Shown: piece by piece, positions 26,871 through 34,958 of the stretch | Position numbering within the stretch: position 1 is the first letter of the stretch | Layout of the letters: each line of letters starts with the position of its first letter | IMG/VR virus record: IMGVR_UViG_3300020045_004202 | Location: 1 to 40,317 of that record | From: a virus | Lineage: Duplodnaviria > Caudoviricetes | Strand: one strand, 5' to 3' | DNA length: 40,317 bases | Translations under genes and position numbers: made by a program | Notes under the pieces: generated by a model | The model's input: only the letters and a program-made list of their open reading frames with translations | What the model was told of the DNA's origin: nothing | Databases searched by the model: none

Positions 26871-27652
26871 AAGCCTCAACCAAAAAATTTGAAATCCAAT
26901 ATCTTCGCACCCGCAATGCAATCGAGCGCAAAGGCATAAGGTTAGTTCAGTCTGCTTTGCGTTTGCAATACACTCAATTCCTTGATCGTGCAAAAGACTT
27001 GCCTCCGTCAATGTGGAATGACATTAAAATCAGTGAGCAACCGATACAACAATTTTTTGAACAGTTTTATCCGATGTCAGGGCGATTGGGGCAAATGACA
27101 CGAAAAAACATGTTAGCTCAACGAAATCAGGTTAAATCGTTGGAGGATGAGCTGTACTTATCAATTTATGAGCGCCATATGCAGCAACTAGTTGGCACGT
27201 CTGACTATGCAAACCGGATTAAGACAATCACAAATACAACGTCAGAACGGATAAACAGCGTGATACGCGAAGTATTGACCGAAGGCGAATTAGGCGGTTA
27301 TGGCATTGATAAAATACGCCAATCGTTAACTGATGCAATTGGTGCCAGTATTCGCGGCAACGTACGCGCGCGGGCAAAGGCAATTGCACAGACTGAAATG
27401 ATCAGCGCAAGCAATCAGGCTTCAACCTATGCAGCAGATTCAACCGGATTAGAGTACCGGAAATATTGGAGTACTTCACACTTGCAAGGTATCCGACCAA
27501 CGCATATACAAGCCGAACAGGATTCAATTCAGCGTGGCGGGTACAAAAAAGATGAACGTTTTGCAAATGGGTTACTATTCCCTGGAGACCCTGCTGGAAG
27601 TGCTGAAGAAGTTGTGAATTGTAGATGTACGGTGTTGCATGAGATAGTTTAA
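26867..27652 (+). CDS. minor head protein (Mu F/SPP1 gp7-like)
   Basis: RAKAIAQTE, KYW....R.TH, L.FPGDP.G.AEEVVNCRC. Confidence 0.9.
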   Translation: MKASTKKFEIQYLRTRNAIERKGIRLVQSALRLQYTQFLDRAKDLPPSMWNDIKISEQPIQQFFEQFYPMSGRLGQMTRKNMLAQRNQVKSLEDELYLSIYERHMQQLVGTSDYANRIKTITNTTSERINSVIREVLTEGELGGYGIDKIRQSLTDAIGASIRGNVRARAKAIAQTEMISASNQASTYAADSTGLEYRKYWSTSHLQGIRPTHIQAEQDSIQRGGYKKDERFANGLLFPGDPAGSAEEVVNCRCTVLHEIV

Positions 27653-27877
27653 TACCACTTAAACGGATTAATTGCTTTTTCATACGCTCCTATAAATCCA
27701 TACATCGTGATAATAACTGGAATTGTAATTGCAGCAAGTATATAAGCTTAATGGATTTAATGGATTTAGTCTATATGCTTTAAAATAGCCTTGACCCAAT
27801 CGTTTCAACCCTAATTTGTGTCTTTCTTCATTTGACACTTCTTGTACAATCTTTAGTTTTTTTAATAATTCTTTCAT
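27649..27877 (-). pseudogene. small membrane-protein moron with apparent 1-nt frameshift
   Basis: After NPLNPLS, the +1 frame continues YILAAITIPVIITMYGFIGAYEKAINPFKWY* (a TM helix) and ends against the convergent gene's stop. Confidence 0.5.
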
Positions 27878-27989
27878 ACTGATTTATTTTAATTTCGCCT
27901 GTAATATAACACAATTGTATCAATTTACAAAACTATTTGCAAATTATTTTTATCCGTTGTACATTTAACGAAAATTTACATCACACAGA

Positions 27990-28643
27990 ATGAAAAAGCT
28001 CGAATTTAAGTCATTCGACATTACCGAACACAAAGCAGATGATTCAGGCAACCTGATCATAACCGGATACGGAGCTTTTTTTGGTAACATTGATTCATAT
28101 AAAGACATTATTGCAGCCGGTGCATTTGCTGAAACGTTGGCCGAAAAGAAAGACCGAATTGCATTTTGCTATCAGCATGATATTTGGAATCCTATCGGCA
28201 AGATTCAGGACATCAAAGAAGATAATCAGGGGTTATGGCTTCAGGTTATGCTTTCTGCTGCCGAAGATGACATTCAGACTAAAGTGCGTGAAGGAATCCT
28301 GAAAGAAATGTCAATAGGTTACCGTGTTGTTGATTCGGCTGAAGAAGTTCGCAACGGTGAACCGGTTCGTATTCTGAAAAAGATTAACCTATATGAGATT
28401 AGCCTGGTAACTATTGCCGCCAATCCGTTGGCAGTTATTCAGTCGATGAAATCAGACGAACGAAAAAATTATCTTGAAAAAGAGTTCGACCGTGTGCTTG
28501 CAATCGTAAGAAATGAAAATATTAACTTTGAAATACAGAAGCTTAAATCGCTTGTATTCTCCGAACTACCGACTCAGGAAGGGGCGCAAGAAGAAGAGCC
28601 GCAAATGAAAGCCGATGACATATTGAAATTATTAAACTCTTAA
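27990..28643 (+). CDS. HK97-family prohead protease
   Basis: GYGAFFGNIDSYKDII..GAF, YQHD...PIG, MSIGY, LYEISLVT..ANP.A. Confidence 0.93.
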   Translation: MKKLEFKSFDITEHKADDSGNLIITGYGAFFGNIDSYKDIIAAGAFAETLAEKKDRIAFCYQHDIWNPIGKIQDIKEDNQGLWLQVMLSAAEDDIQTKVREGILKEMSIGYRVVDSAEEVRNGEPVRILKKINLYEISLVTIAANPLAVIQSMKSDERKNYLEKEFDRVLAIVRNENINFEIQKLKSLVFSELPTQEGAQEEEPQMKADDILKLLNS

Positions 28644-28654
28644 AATTTATAAAA

Positions 28655-29887
28655 GTGGAAAAGAAAGAATTGGAATTAGCCTTAGAAACTCACGGTAAAG
28701 AGATTCAGGCAAAACAGGCTGAAATGCAAAAAGCAATTGATGCCAACTTGGAAGCAAAAGCAGCCGAATTAAAAAAGTTGATTGATGACATGGAATCTGC
28801 AAAGGTGATTATGCAAAAGCAACTTGACGATCAAAATTTGGATTTGCAGAAAATCAGGATGCAAAAGAACGATGAAGAAGCCGTTTCACTTGAAAAGTCT
28901 ATTCGTCAATTGTTCGACTCGAAAGAGTTCAAAGAAGCAAAAGCTGCCGGATTTAAGACTAAAAGTATATTCCAGGTTAAAGCTGCAACTTCAGACATTA
29001 CCGGAACTATTAACATGACTCAGCAACGTTTGCAGGTTAAGTTTAACCCTGAACGTGCGCTTGCTTTCATGCCTTATCTGAATGTTGGTGTTATCGGAAA
29101 CGATAAGAACCGTGTATTGTGGGTAGAAGGTGCTTACACTTCGAACGTGGGTTATGTTGGCGAAGGAACAGGACAGGCAAATGCTGACACTGGCACCGCT
29201 GCTGAAAAGACCCGCGCAATGTGTAAGATCAGCGCAAAATTGCCGCTTACTGCTGAACTTCTGGAAGATGCTGAATATGTTGCTTCTGCTTTCCGCATGA
29301 AAATGCAAGAAAAAGCGATGTTGTTCACTGACTTGGAATGTTACGGTGGGGACGGCTCGGACGGTGTTAATCCTAACCATATTTATGGTATCAAAGGTCA
29401 TGCTACTGCTTACAGTGCTGCAACAACCGGAACAACTGGCGCAAATGGCGTTAAAGATGCAAACATCGGCGACTTGATTGATGACATGATTTTGCAGGGG
29501 GAACTTTCAGAGCAACGCGGAATGAACGTTTTGTGGATGAATCCGAAAGACTTCGGCAAATTCCGCAGGGCAAAAGATTTGAACGGCCAGTATCTTTTCG
29601 TGAAAGATGTGAACGGTAATTACACCATCAGCGGGTTGAACGTTGTTAAATCAACTGCTGTAACTGTGAACACTATGACCATTGCTGACACTGCAAAGAT
29701 TCAGTTATGGTGGAAACGCAACCTCGAAGTTAAATTCTCACAGATGAATGGCACTGACTTCGTGGATGACACTTATACCGCTGTTCTATTCCTGAGGAAT
29801 CAGGTAGTTGTTGAAGGTCCGGATAAAACCGCCTTGATTCATGTTGCTGACATTGCAGCATCTATTGCCGCTATCACATTTGTATAA
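28655..29887 (+). CDS. major capsid protein (HK97 fold, N-terminal delta domain)
   Basis: GTG start. About 105 aa of coiled coil, then YVGEG, KISA....T.ELLED, GDG......GI, MNPKDF......KD.NGQY. Confidence 0.92.
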   Translation: MEKKELELALETHGKEIQAKQAEMQKAIDANLEAKAAELKKLIDDMESAKVIMQKQLDDQNLDLQKIRMQKNDEEAVSLEKSIRQLFDSKEFKEAKAAGFKTKSIFQVKAATSDITGTINMTQQRLQVKFNPERALAFMPYLNVGVIGNDKNRVLWVEGAYTSNVGYVGEGTGQANADTGTAAEKTRAMCKISAKLPLTAELLEDAEYVASAFRMKMQEKAMLFTDLECYGGDGSDGVNPNHIYGIKGHATAYSAATTGTTGANGVKDANIGDLIDDMILQGELSEQRGMNVLWMNPKDFGKFRRAKDLNGQYLFVKDVNGNYTISGLNVVKSTAVTVNTMTIADTAKIQLWWKRNLEVKFSQMNGTDFVDDTYTAVLFLRNQVVVEGPDKTALIHVADIAASIAAITFV

Positions 29888-29893
29888 CAAAAT

Positions 29894-29915
29894 AGGCCGG
29901 TGAAATATCCGGCCT
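29894..29915 (+). other. GC-rich hairpin, copy 1
   Basis: AGGCCGG-TGAAATAT-CCGGCCT; no U-tract. Confidence 0.7.
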
Positions 29916-29932
29916 TAACACACTCATAAAAT

Positions 29933-30343
29933 ATGAAAAAGTTTATTTTTATCGCGCTTTTTGGACTAATTACAATGTTTAGTCAGGCGCAAACAGTTGG
30001 AGGCGTCACTTCCTTAGTTGGAGCAACAGTAACCGATACAGAAACAGATTACTTGACGATTGCCACTCCGGTAGCAATTCAAGGCAATTATGTTATTGGA
30101 CTTGAGATGGCAGGCACCGCGACAGGAACAAGTACGGTTACGGGTGCAATTCAGGTGTCAGATGATAATTCTACTTGGTACAACTTTGGATCGGCAATAA
30201 CTTTGAATAATGCAGGAACAGTAGCTAATTACGCATGGGCGCTAGAGGATGCACAATTTAGGTACTACCGTATCAAATTGCTATCATCTGGAAGCGGAAC
30301 GACCGTATGTACAGGGAAAATTTTACTTAAGCGAAAGCAATAA
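29933..30343 (+). CDS. putative capsid decoration protein with signal peptide
   Basis: Directly after MCP. MKKFIFIALFGLITMFSQA|Q; beta-sandwich-like pattern IQVSDDNSTW...RYYRI. Confidence 0.6.
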   Translation: MKKFIFIALFGLITMFSQAQTVGGVTSLVGATVTDTETDYLTIATPVAIQGNYVIGLEMAGTATGTSTVTGAIQVSDDNSTWYNFGSAITLNNAGTVANYAWALEDAQFRYYRIKLLSSGSGTTVCTGKILLKRKQ

Positions 30344-30349
30344 AATACA

Positions 30350-30368
30350 GGCCGGTGAGAGTCCGGCC
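30350..30368 (+). other. GC-rich hairpin, copy 2
   Basis: GGCCGG-TGAGAGT-CCGGCC, 6 nt upstream of the tRNA. Confidence 0.7.
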
Positions 30369-30374
30369 ACATAT

Positions 30375-30447
30375 AGCGGGTTAGAGAAGCGGTATCTCGT
30401 TAGTCTCATAAGCTAAAGATCGAAGGTTCGAATCCTTCACCACGCTA
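30375..30447 (+). tRNA. tRNA with CAT anticodon (Met/fMet-like, atypical)
   Basis: AGCGGGT-TA-GAGA/TCTC D-stem, TTAGT-CTCATAA-GCTAA anticodon arm, GAAGG-TTCGAAT-CCTTC T-arm, ACC(A)CGCT-A 3' strand with one bulged A; CCA not encoded. Confidence 0.85.
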
Positions 30448-30471
30448 CACATTACACTTAAATCGAAAATT

Positions 30472-30642
30472 ATGAAATACAAAGTGATCAAAGAATATGC
30501 AGGCATTGAAATTGGATCAGAAGTAAAACTATCCGAATCAAATGCAAAATATCTGATTTCACAGGGATATGTTGATCCTATTGACGAATCACCCGCGCAA
30601 AACAAAGTAATCGAGCCGAAATACAAACGCAATAAAAAATGA
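30472..30642 (+). CDS. 56-aa head-module protein (not in ORF track)
   Basis: MKYKVIKEYAGIEIGSEVKLSESNAKYLISQGYV...KK*; ATGA overlap with the connector gene; small genes of this kind are common after MCP. Confidence 0.7.
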   Translation: MKYKVIKEYAGIEIGSEVKLSESNAKYLISQGYVDPIDESPAQNKVIEPKYKRNKK

Positions 30643-31151
30643 AGCCAAAAATAACAACGACCGGAGCTGAACCGATATTGTTAGCAGACGTTAAGACTTA
30701 TTTAAAGGTCGATTACTCAGATGAAGATTCTATCATCAGTATGCTAATTTCCGGTGTACGCGAACAAGTCGAAGATTTTACAGGGTTATCGTTAATCGCT
30801 TCAACGATTGAGTACTTCAACGACGAAATTCCAGATGAAATTGTTTTGCCTTATCCTGAACATGCCTCAATTACAGAGGTTAAGATTAACGACGTTGTTT
30901 CATCTGCATATACGAAAACCGGATTAACTCAGTTCATTGTTTATCCTGAATCTACCTATTTGTCTGGTGAAAATCAGCAAGGAATTTACATAAAGTATGT
31001 CACATCTGGCACGTGTCCGATTGGATTAAAACTTGAAATGCTAAAGATCATTGATGAGAAATACCGAAACCGTGGTAATACTTTTGAGGGTTCAATTACT
31101 GAACTAAATGAAAATGCATATGCAAATTTGGCTAAATATTGTTTAATGTAA
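30639..31151 (+). CDS. head-tail connector (HK97 gp6/SPP1 gp15-like)
   Basis: EPILLADVK.YLKVDYSDEDSII..LI...REQVE.FTG...Y.NR. Confidence 0.9.
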   Translation: MKPKITTTGAEPILLADVKTYLKVDYSDEDSIISMLISGVREQVEDFTGLSLIASTIEYFNDEIPDEIVLPYPEHASITEVKINDVVSSAYTKTGLTQFIVYPESTYLSGENQQGIYIKYVTSGTCPIGLKLEMLKIIDEKYRNRGNTFEGSITELNENAYANLAKYCLM

Positions 31152-31363
31152 TGACACTACACGGCAAACCATATACTTCAATAGGTGGATACAATTGCAG
31201 AATGATATATCATTTTTCAATCAATGTATTATTTAAAAAACAATATTACGATGACGGCAAATATGGATATAGGCCAATGTATTACGATGGATGGCTTCAT
31301 TCGTTTTGTATTTATCCAATTCGTATTGATTGGTGGAAACGTCCTGAAATAATCAAACCATGA
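31151..31363 (+). CDS. small inserted hypothetical protein
   Basis: Overlaps both neighbours (TAATG and ATGA); aromatic-rich. Confidence 0.5.
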   Translation: MTLHGKPYTSIGGYNCRMIYHFSINVLFKKQYYDDGKYGYRPMYYDGWLHSFCIYPIRIDWWKRPEIIKP

Positions 31364-31686
31364 ATACCGGCAAACTAAATAGACGTATCACAATTGTAAC
31401 ACCAGGCGTAATGACACCTACTGCAATCGGTGGATTTACTGAGGGCGTAAAAACTACGCGCGTGACGTGGTGTAGTGCAAAACAGTTGTCAATGGCTGAA
31501 TCGTTGAGTTATGGCCTTGAAACTGCAACCGCTTCATATCGGTTCTCATTCCTGTATTTTGCCGCTGATGACATTACCCGTGTAAAAGAATTAACTTTTT
31601 CAGGTCGTACTTTTCGCATTGTGAACGTTGAAAATGTAGATGAGTCGAATAAGCAAATAACCGTTATCGCAAATGAGCGCAAATAG
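31360..31686 (+). CDS. head closure/head-tail adaptor (SPP1 gp16-like)
   Basis: GKLNRRITI...GG.......TWCS...GRTF.I..V. Confidence 0.88.
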   Translation: MNTGKLNRRITIVTPGVMTPTAIGGFTEGVKTTRVTWCSAKQLSMAESLSYGLETATASYRFSFLYFAADDITRVKELTFSGRTFRIVNVENVDESNKQITVIANERK

Positions 31687-32256
31687 ATGGCAAATAATAT
31701 TCAGATAGGAATAGACCCGCGAACACTGAAACATTTATCAGATCAATTTGATTTGGTAAAAAAAGGCGCGGGCGAATCCATATATCGGGCATTGATTAAG
31801 GTTGCTTTTAAGATTAAGTCTGAGGCTCAATTAAGATTGACAGGACGCGGGCATATCATTACTTCGCGGCTGAAAAATTCGATCTTTGTAAAAGGACAAA
31901 AACACATTAACCGTCCTGACAATTCGCTGACTTATACAGACACGAAAGGCAAATCATATAAATCTGATTTAAGTACGGTTAAACTTGCTGCAAATGAATT
32001 AGCAATAGGCACAAACGTTGAGTATGCCCCTGCTATTGAATTTGGGAGCCGACCGCACGTTATTGAAGCGAAGAACAGGAAAGTTTTGAGCAATGGCAAA
32101 GCGTTCTTCGATAAGCGTGTTAATCATCCGGGTTGGTCTGGTGACTCATTCCTTTATTGGGGCATGAAAAATGTAGACATAACAAAGTCAGTCGGTGACG
32201 ACATGACCAATGATCTAAAATTTGGTAAGTTCTTAAAACCAACAAATGTTAAATAA
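31687..32256 (+). CDS. HK97 gp10-like tail completion protein
   Basis: TSRLKNSI, IGTNVEYAPAIEFG, VNHPG; gene order fits. Confidence 0.8.
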   Translation: MANNIQIGIDPRTLKHLSDQFDLVKKGAGESIYRALIKVAFKIKSEAQLRLTGRGHIITSRLKNSIFVKGQKHINRPDNSLTYTDTKGKSYKSDLSTVKLAANELAIGTNVEYAPAIEFGSRPHVIEAKNRKVLSNGKAFFDKRVNHPGWSGDSFLYWGMKNVDITKSVGDDMTNDLKFGKFLKPTNVK

Positions 32257-32266
32257 AATAAATACT

Positions 32267-32497
32267 ATGGCAACTATCACAACACAAATTGAAGTAAATT
32301 ATATCTGGATTAAAGAAAATACTCAATGTCAAAAATGTTCATCGTGTGGAGACTTAATCTTTAGCGATGCGTTTAGACTAAATGTATTTATCAAAAATCC
32401 AAAGGCGGTTAAAAAGTTTGGGTATAATCCTGAAACAGATGTTTGTATTTGCGAATCGTGTAACGACGTAATAAATGGAGGATCAAATGAAGGATGA
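32267..32497 (+). CDS. small Zn-finger-like inserted protein
   Basis: CQKCSSC...CICESC. Confidence 0.5.
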   Translation: MATITTQIEVNYIWIKENTQCQKCSSCGDLIFSDAFRLNVFIKNPKAVKKFGYNPETDVCICESCNDVINGGSNEG

Positions 32498-32895
32498 AAG
32501 ACATTAGACAAATACTTCTCACCGCATTAGTTCCGGCACTTGCAACGGCAACAGGGAAAAACGTATACACACGAATACCTAAAGCAGCCAACGCGGTTTA
32601 TCCTTACATTTACATATCTGACATTTATCAGGAAGAAGTAGGGCCAAAAACATCTTACATTTATAGGCTTGATGTATTGATTCAGATCATTTATCAGGAT
32701 GTTGATTCATTGACCGGATTATTCACCGACATGAATAATGTACTTTCGATCATAAATAATGGCAGCATTTTAACGCTTTCATCACCACATAAGGTAATGT
32801 CATGCGAGTTAAATAATAGCACGACAACCGAATTTCAGACCGAAACAGGCACGCAAAATGTGGGGTTGATCCGACTACTTTTCAATATCGAATAA
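32494..32895 (+). CDS. tail terminator (SPP1 gp17/DUF3168-like)
   Basis: VY..IP.....YPYI.I motif; directly before the tail tube gene. Confidence 0.8.
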   Translation: MKDIRQILLTALVPALATATGKNVYTRIPKAANAVYPYIYISDIYQEEVGPKTSYIYRLDVLIQIIYQDVDSLTGLFTDMNNVLSIINNGSILTLSSPHKVMSCELNNSTTTEFQTETGTQNVGLIRLLFNIE

Positions 32896-32937
32896 TAATT
32901 GTAAATTTGAATAGTTTAAACTCATAAAATAAAAGTC

Positions 32938-33657
32938 ATGGCTACAAAAATTGGAACACGGGTATTAATTAAAGTCGCTGGGGGATTGCTTGTCGGGCAA
33001 TCTTCTGTTAGTTCATCGTTGACCGCTACAATGATCGACATATCAAACAAGTTGAGCGGGAAACACTCAGAATATGAGTATGGGAGATTAACTGAAACTT
33101 TGTCAGTTGAAAGCATTGCATCTACATCGAAAGAAGCAACATTAAAAGGTTATTGGGAACTTCGGGAAGCTGTCAACGCTCACACGAAAGTTGAAATCAT
33201 CTTAACTGAATTTACCGATGTTGATGGAGCCGCAAAAGTAACAGGAGCCGAACAATTGACGTACAACGCTCTTATCAGCGGCTTGGATGCTTCATTCCCT
33301 GATAACGACAAATCAACTTTTAGCTGTAACTTGCAGATTAGTGGCGCACCTGTTCAGGCTACTAACGTGACATCCGGGCAACCTATTGCAGATGCCGGAG
33401 CAAACCAGACAGTTAACGAAGCTGCAACGGTTACACTTGACGGCTCAGGTTCTACCAATGGTGGTTCAGGTACATTAACTTACTTGTGGACTCCACCTAC
33501 CGGAATTACCTTGAGTTCAAACACTATTGTTAATCCGACATTTACCGCACCGGCACAGACTACATACGCTGAGTATGAATTCAGTTTAAGAGTTGGTAAT
33601 GGAACACTATTCAGTGAAACAGATAGAACAGTTGTAACGGTTGTGAACGTGCCATAA
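32938..33657 (+). CDS. major tail tube protein with C-terminal PKD/Ig-like domain
   Basis: KI.G....IKV, IDISNK.SG, STFSCNLQISG, then PIADAGANQTVNE...VTLDGSGS...LTYLW...PTFTAP. Confidence 0.88.
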   Translation: MATKIGTRVLIKVAGGLLVGQSSVSSSLTATMIDISNKLSGKHSEYEYGRLTETLSVESIASTSKEATLKGYWELREAVNAHTKVEIILTEFTDVDGAAKVTGAEQLTYNALISGLDASFPDNDKSTFSCNLQISGAPVQATNVTSGQPIADAGANQTVNEAATVTLDGSGSTNGGSGTLTYLWTPPTGITLSSNTIVNPTFTAPAQTTYAEYEFSLRVGNGTLFSETDRTVVTVVNVP

Positions 33658-33675
33658 GCGGCCTGAAAATATTTT

Positions 33676-33709
33676 AATACCCTGATGAATTTATTTTTAT
33701 CAGGGTATT
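33676..33709 (+). terminator. hairpin after tail tube gene
   Basis: AATACCCTGAT...ATCAGGGTATT 11-bp stem followed by GTTATTT. Confidence 0.6.
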
Positions 33710-33737
33710 GTTATTTAATACATTTGTGTTATATTTG
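33707..33737 (+). promoter_or_regulatory. promoter for the permuted tmRNA
   Basis: ATTG-N19-TATATTTG, with operator-like ATACATTTGTGT at 33718-33729. Confidence 0.7.
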
Positions 33738-33741
33738 TGCT

Positions 33742-33985
33742 GTTCGTTGACGTTATTTGAAACTGTTAAGACGTGGGTTCGACTCCCACCACCTCCACCG
33801 CTTCGCCAAGTGCGCTAACCGGTCGCGTTAGTACCGTTATTTCAACGGGGGTGTCTGGTTTTGATTGACAGACGTAGGGTAATTGAGAACAAAAGCTATA
33901 ACAGGCAACAATTTTGAAATGAAAGCCGCTGCATAGTGCAGTAGTTAACACGGTGCGCACCCGACCGAATACAGGGGCACTTTTA
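33742..33985 (+). ncRNA. ssrA: circularly permuted (two-piece) minimal tmRNA; tag GNNFEMKAAA*
   Basis: Acceptor piece: T-arm GTGGG-TTCGACT-CCCAC (33773-33789), CACCTCC-A (33790-33797). Intervening segment 33798-33846. Coding piece starts GGGGGTG (33847) and pairs 7/7 with CACCTCC including G3-U70. TTGACAG pairs with CTGTTAA. Tag ORF 33904-33936. Outer ends are approximate. Confidence 0.88.
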
Positions 33986-34003
33986 ACACTTAATCCAAAT
34001 CGC

Positions 34004-34159
34004 ATGACCGAAAATGAAAAACGAAACGTAAAGATTTCTTTGATGCTTAAAGACGAAGAAATTGCCAGGCAAATTGCAAAGCGCAAACTTGCCGAACAAA
34101 CTCGCAATTGGACTATTATTTTAGTCGTAGTGATTCATATTTTAATTTGGGTGCTATGA
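34004..34159 (+). CDS. small protein with C-terminal TM
   Basis: MTENEKRNVK...WTIILVVVIHILIWVL; ATGA overlap with the next gene. Confidence 0.55.
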   Translation: MTENEKRNVKISLMLKDEEIARQIAKRKLAEQTRNWTIILVVVIHILIWVL

Positions 34160-34533
34160 GCGCGAATGAATTAAGAATCGGAAATCTAGTTTGGTTTAGA
34201 GACAAGAAAATAGTCGAAGTATCAAACTTAGGTAATTCATTTGAAACAGTTGAATTGGTCAATGGGTTGCGATACGGAAGCGATGATATTGATGAATATA
34301 ATCCGGTTGAATTAAGTGAAGAATGGTTATTGAAATTTGGGTTTGAAAACCATTCAACTAATAAATTTTGGTTTAGAAAAAAACAGATTTGCATTTCTAT
34401 TGTTGGTGTTGTAGAGTTAATATCATGTGATATGCAAGCACTTAAAATAGATTTAAAAATTGAGTACGTCCACCAACTCCAAAACCTTTACTTTGCTTTA
34501 ACAGGCGAAGAACTAAAACAAATCGAATTATGA
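34156..34533 (+). CDS. phage hypothetical protein
   Basis: MSANELRIGNLV...PVELSEEWLLKFGF...YVHQLQNLYFALTGEEL, a pattern I recall as recurrent in Bacteroidota phages. Confidence 0.75.
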   Translation: MSANELRIGNLVWFRDKKIVEVSNLGNSFETVELVNGLRYGSDDIDEYNPVELSEEWLLKFGFENHSTNKFWFRKKQICISIVGVVELISCDMQALKIDLKIEYVHQLQNLYFALTGEELKQIEL

Positions 34534-34958
34534 CTCCACACGACACCATCCTCATATCAATCCCATACCCTGAATTGCGCAAAGTAAGGCCTTTCCCATG
34601 GACAAAACAAAAGCAAATAACAGTAATTGGACAGCGAGTAATTGGGTTTTCTTTTACAAATATGTCGAAAATGCTATTTGCGTTTCACAATGATTTGAAA
34701 GGAACTACTGATTTTGAAGAGTATCGTAAAACGCATGGAGATTCAAGATTTGTAAGCGAACAGCTTTATTATTGCGCATTGGCTTACAGTACTCTAAATA
34801 AAATAGAAGAAAACTTTACGAAAGAAGAATTATTAAAATCTTTTGCTTTAATGGATGTCGATACATTTGAGCAAATTAAAAAAGTTTGGCGCGCATCTGA
34901 ATATTTCGGGGCAACTGTTAAAGCATCAAAAAAAAAAGCGAAATCGAACCTGACGTAA
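34530..34958 (+). CDS. tail assembly chaperone (gpG-like)
   Basis: Between tail tube and tape measure genes; ends with a slippery A10 run. Confidence 0.7.
   Translation: MTPHDTILISIPYPELRKVRPFPWTKQKQITVIGQRVIGFSFTNMSKMLFAFHNDLKGTTDFEEYRKTHGDSRFVSEQLYYCALAYSTLNKIEENFTKEELLKSFALMDVDTFEQIKKVWRASEYFGATVKASKKKAKSNLT

Noticed and set aside
30381-30632. 83-aa minus-strand ORF
   Set aside because: Antisense shadow of the tRNA and the 56-aa plus-strand gene.
33766-33800. tmRNA/tRNA 3' fragment as an attP site
   Set aside because: No integrase in the window, and the fragment has its own promoter plus a complementary downstream 5' piece with a tag ORF. This fits a complete permuted gene better.
33766-34107. 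113-aa minus-strand ORF and the GTG extension from 33953
   Set aside because: They overlap the tmRNA; the small TM gene more plausibly starts at 34004.
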